Below, piece after piece: positions 63,139 through 64,000 of a stretch of 64,000 nt of DNA; the stretch's first letter is position 1; every line of letters begins with the position of its first letter. Under the pieces are notes generated by a model, which made no database searches, was not told where the DNA came from, and was given only the letters and a program-made list of their open reading frames with translations. This DNA comes from Myxococcota bacterium (GTDB taxonomy: Bacteria > Myxococcota_A > UBA796 > JAJRTE01), in contig JAJRTE010000022.1 in NCBI GenBank assembly GCA_024278455.1, positions 10,539 to 74,538 of the forward strand, given 5' to 3'. The position numbers and the translations under genes are program-made.

Positions 63139-63840
63139 CTACCTCGTCCAGGAATAGGTCGTGCCGTAGGCGGTGGTGTATTCGTTCGTGTGGCTCACAC
63201 CGGAACCGGTTTCGTACGTGGTCGCCCCTTCGTAGGTCGAGCCGGTGTAGGTGGAGACATCGGTCGTGCGGCCCCAGGCGGTGTATCCTGAGCCGTCATG
63301 AACGAAGGCGCCGCTGCTCTCGACCGTTCCGCGGTTGCCGTCCGCGACGAACCCGCTGGCGTGGCTGATGTTCCCGGTGGAGGTCCGCACCGTCGCACCG
63401 CCTCGAGCCCCCGAGTGGCCGAAGGCGCCCGTGGTTGCCGCCGCGAATCCACCCACCGTGTTTCCGTAGGTATCCTGGGCGAGGCCGCCCGTGTACCCGT
63501 TGACCGTGTAGGGCGTGTAGAACGCGCCGGCCCGGCCCGCCGCCGAGCTGCCCCAGTAGGTCTCCGCCGCTCCGCCGGCGTGCGCGGCCGCGGAGTTCGC
63601 GGAGGTGTAACCGGACACGCGACCGATCGAAGCGCCGCCGGCCCCGGTGACATGGGCGCCAGTGGCCATGCCGCCGCTCACGGACGGCGACCAGGCCGCG
63701 CGGGCCGTCCCGGCGGACCGTCCCCCGCCGGGGTTGGCCATGGCGCCGGCGCGCGCGGCGCTGCCTGCTTGAGCGTCGAAAGCGGTGAAGGAAAGGGAAC
63801 CGAGAGCGACGAGACCAGCAGCGATGATGGAAGTCTTCAT
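63139..63840 (-). CDS. secreted Gly/Ala/Thr/Tyr-rich low-complexity protein
   Basis: Signal peptide MKTSIIAAGLVALGSLSFTAFDAQA; AAGGAG SD 6 nt upstream; AT-richer 5' flank. Confidence 0.55.
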   Translation of the reverse strand: MKTSIIAAGLVALGSLSFTAFDAQAGSAARAGAMANPGGGRSAGTARAAWSPSVSGGMATGAHVTGAGGASIGRVSGYTSANSAAAHAGGAAETYWGSSAAGRAGAFYTPYTVNGYTGGLAQDTYGNTVGGFAAATTGAFGHSGARGGATVRTSTGNISHASGFVADGNRGTVESSGAFVHDGSGYTAWGRTTDVSTYTGSTYEGATTYETGSGVSHTNEYTTAYGTTYSWTR

Positions 63841-64000
63841 GATTTTCTCCTTCTATGACGAATCCGCATGAGCGGCGTTCGTTTTGGTTGTCCTGTCATC
63901 TTCGATGGACGCCAGGGAGAATTGCAGGTCGCGTGCCAGTCAGGGAATATTTTCATGGCATTACATCAGGCCACCCGTAACATCTTGATATTCTTGCGAG

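Overview
This 64-kb window is a high-GC (about 66-68%) bacterial chromosomal segment carrying about 55 protein-coding genes. I found no rRNA, tRNA, CRISPR array, transposase or prophage.

The content points to Myxococcota or a similar lineage: DUF4388 and MshEN-type domains, many Ser/Thr kinases and lipoproteins, and D-x-DGDG Cys-rich motifs.

In the high-GC background the opposite strand carries long stop-free ORFs (for example 10755..14975-, 17973..20207-, 20946..23243-, 38185..40101-). I treat these as artefacts wherever the other strand has clear family signatures.

The housekeeping core is syntenic with classical operons:
- fabF 3' end, rpiB, glyA, nrdR, ribD, ribE, ribBA, ribH, nusB.
- rimI, then rimP, nusA, a ylxR-L7Ae fusion, infB and a DUF503 gene.
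- dprA, smg, trmFO, xerC.
- A J-domain/Hsp70 triad, and htpG.

The accessory and unusual content is:
- A c-di-GMP signalling neighbourhood. A receptor-like protein with tandem MshEN-type motifs, a degenerate HD domain, a receiver domain and DUF4388 sits divergent from a five-gene operon: a HEAT-repeat protein and an HD-GYP phosphodiesterase that share a paralogous N-terminal domain, then a DUF62 SAM hydroxide adenosyltransferase, a CPBP protease and a SurA-N-like protein.
- A compact operon pairing a SLATT/DUF4231-like 2TM protein with a cobalamin radical-SAM enzyme, an acyltransferase-3 and a GT-C-like membrane protein.
- A Ser/Thr kinase with an anti-sigma-like zinc finger and a periplasmic PhnD-like domain, next to an OPT transporter and a sigma factor.
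- infB interrupted by an in-frame TAG codon.
- A disrupted lipoprotein gene with a fibrinogen-related domain, which still has an intact upstream promoter.
- Several lipoproteins and secreted proteins: a prolyl oligopeptidase, an NHL propeller, a LysM protein, a SPOR protein and a Gly/Thr-rich protein.

Coordinates derived from the ORF track are exact. Motif coordinates that I read by eye may be off by about 1 nt.
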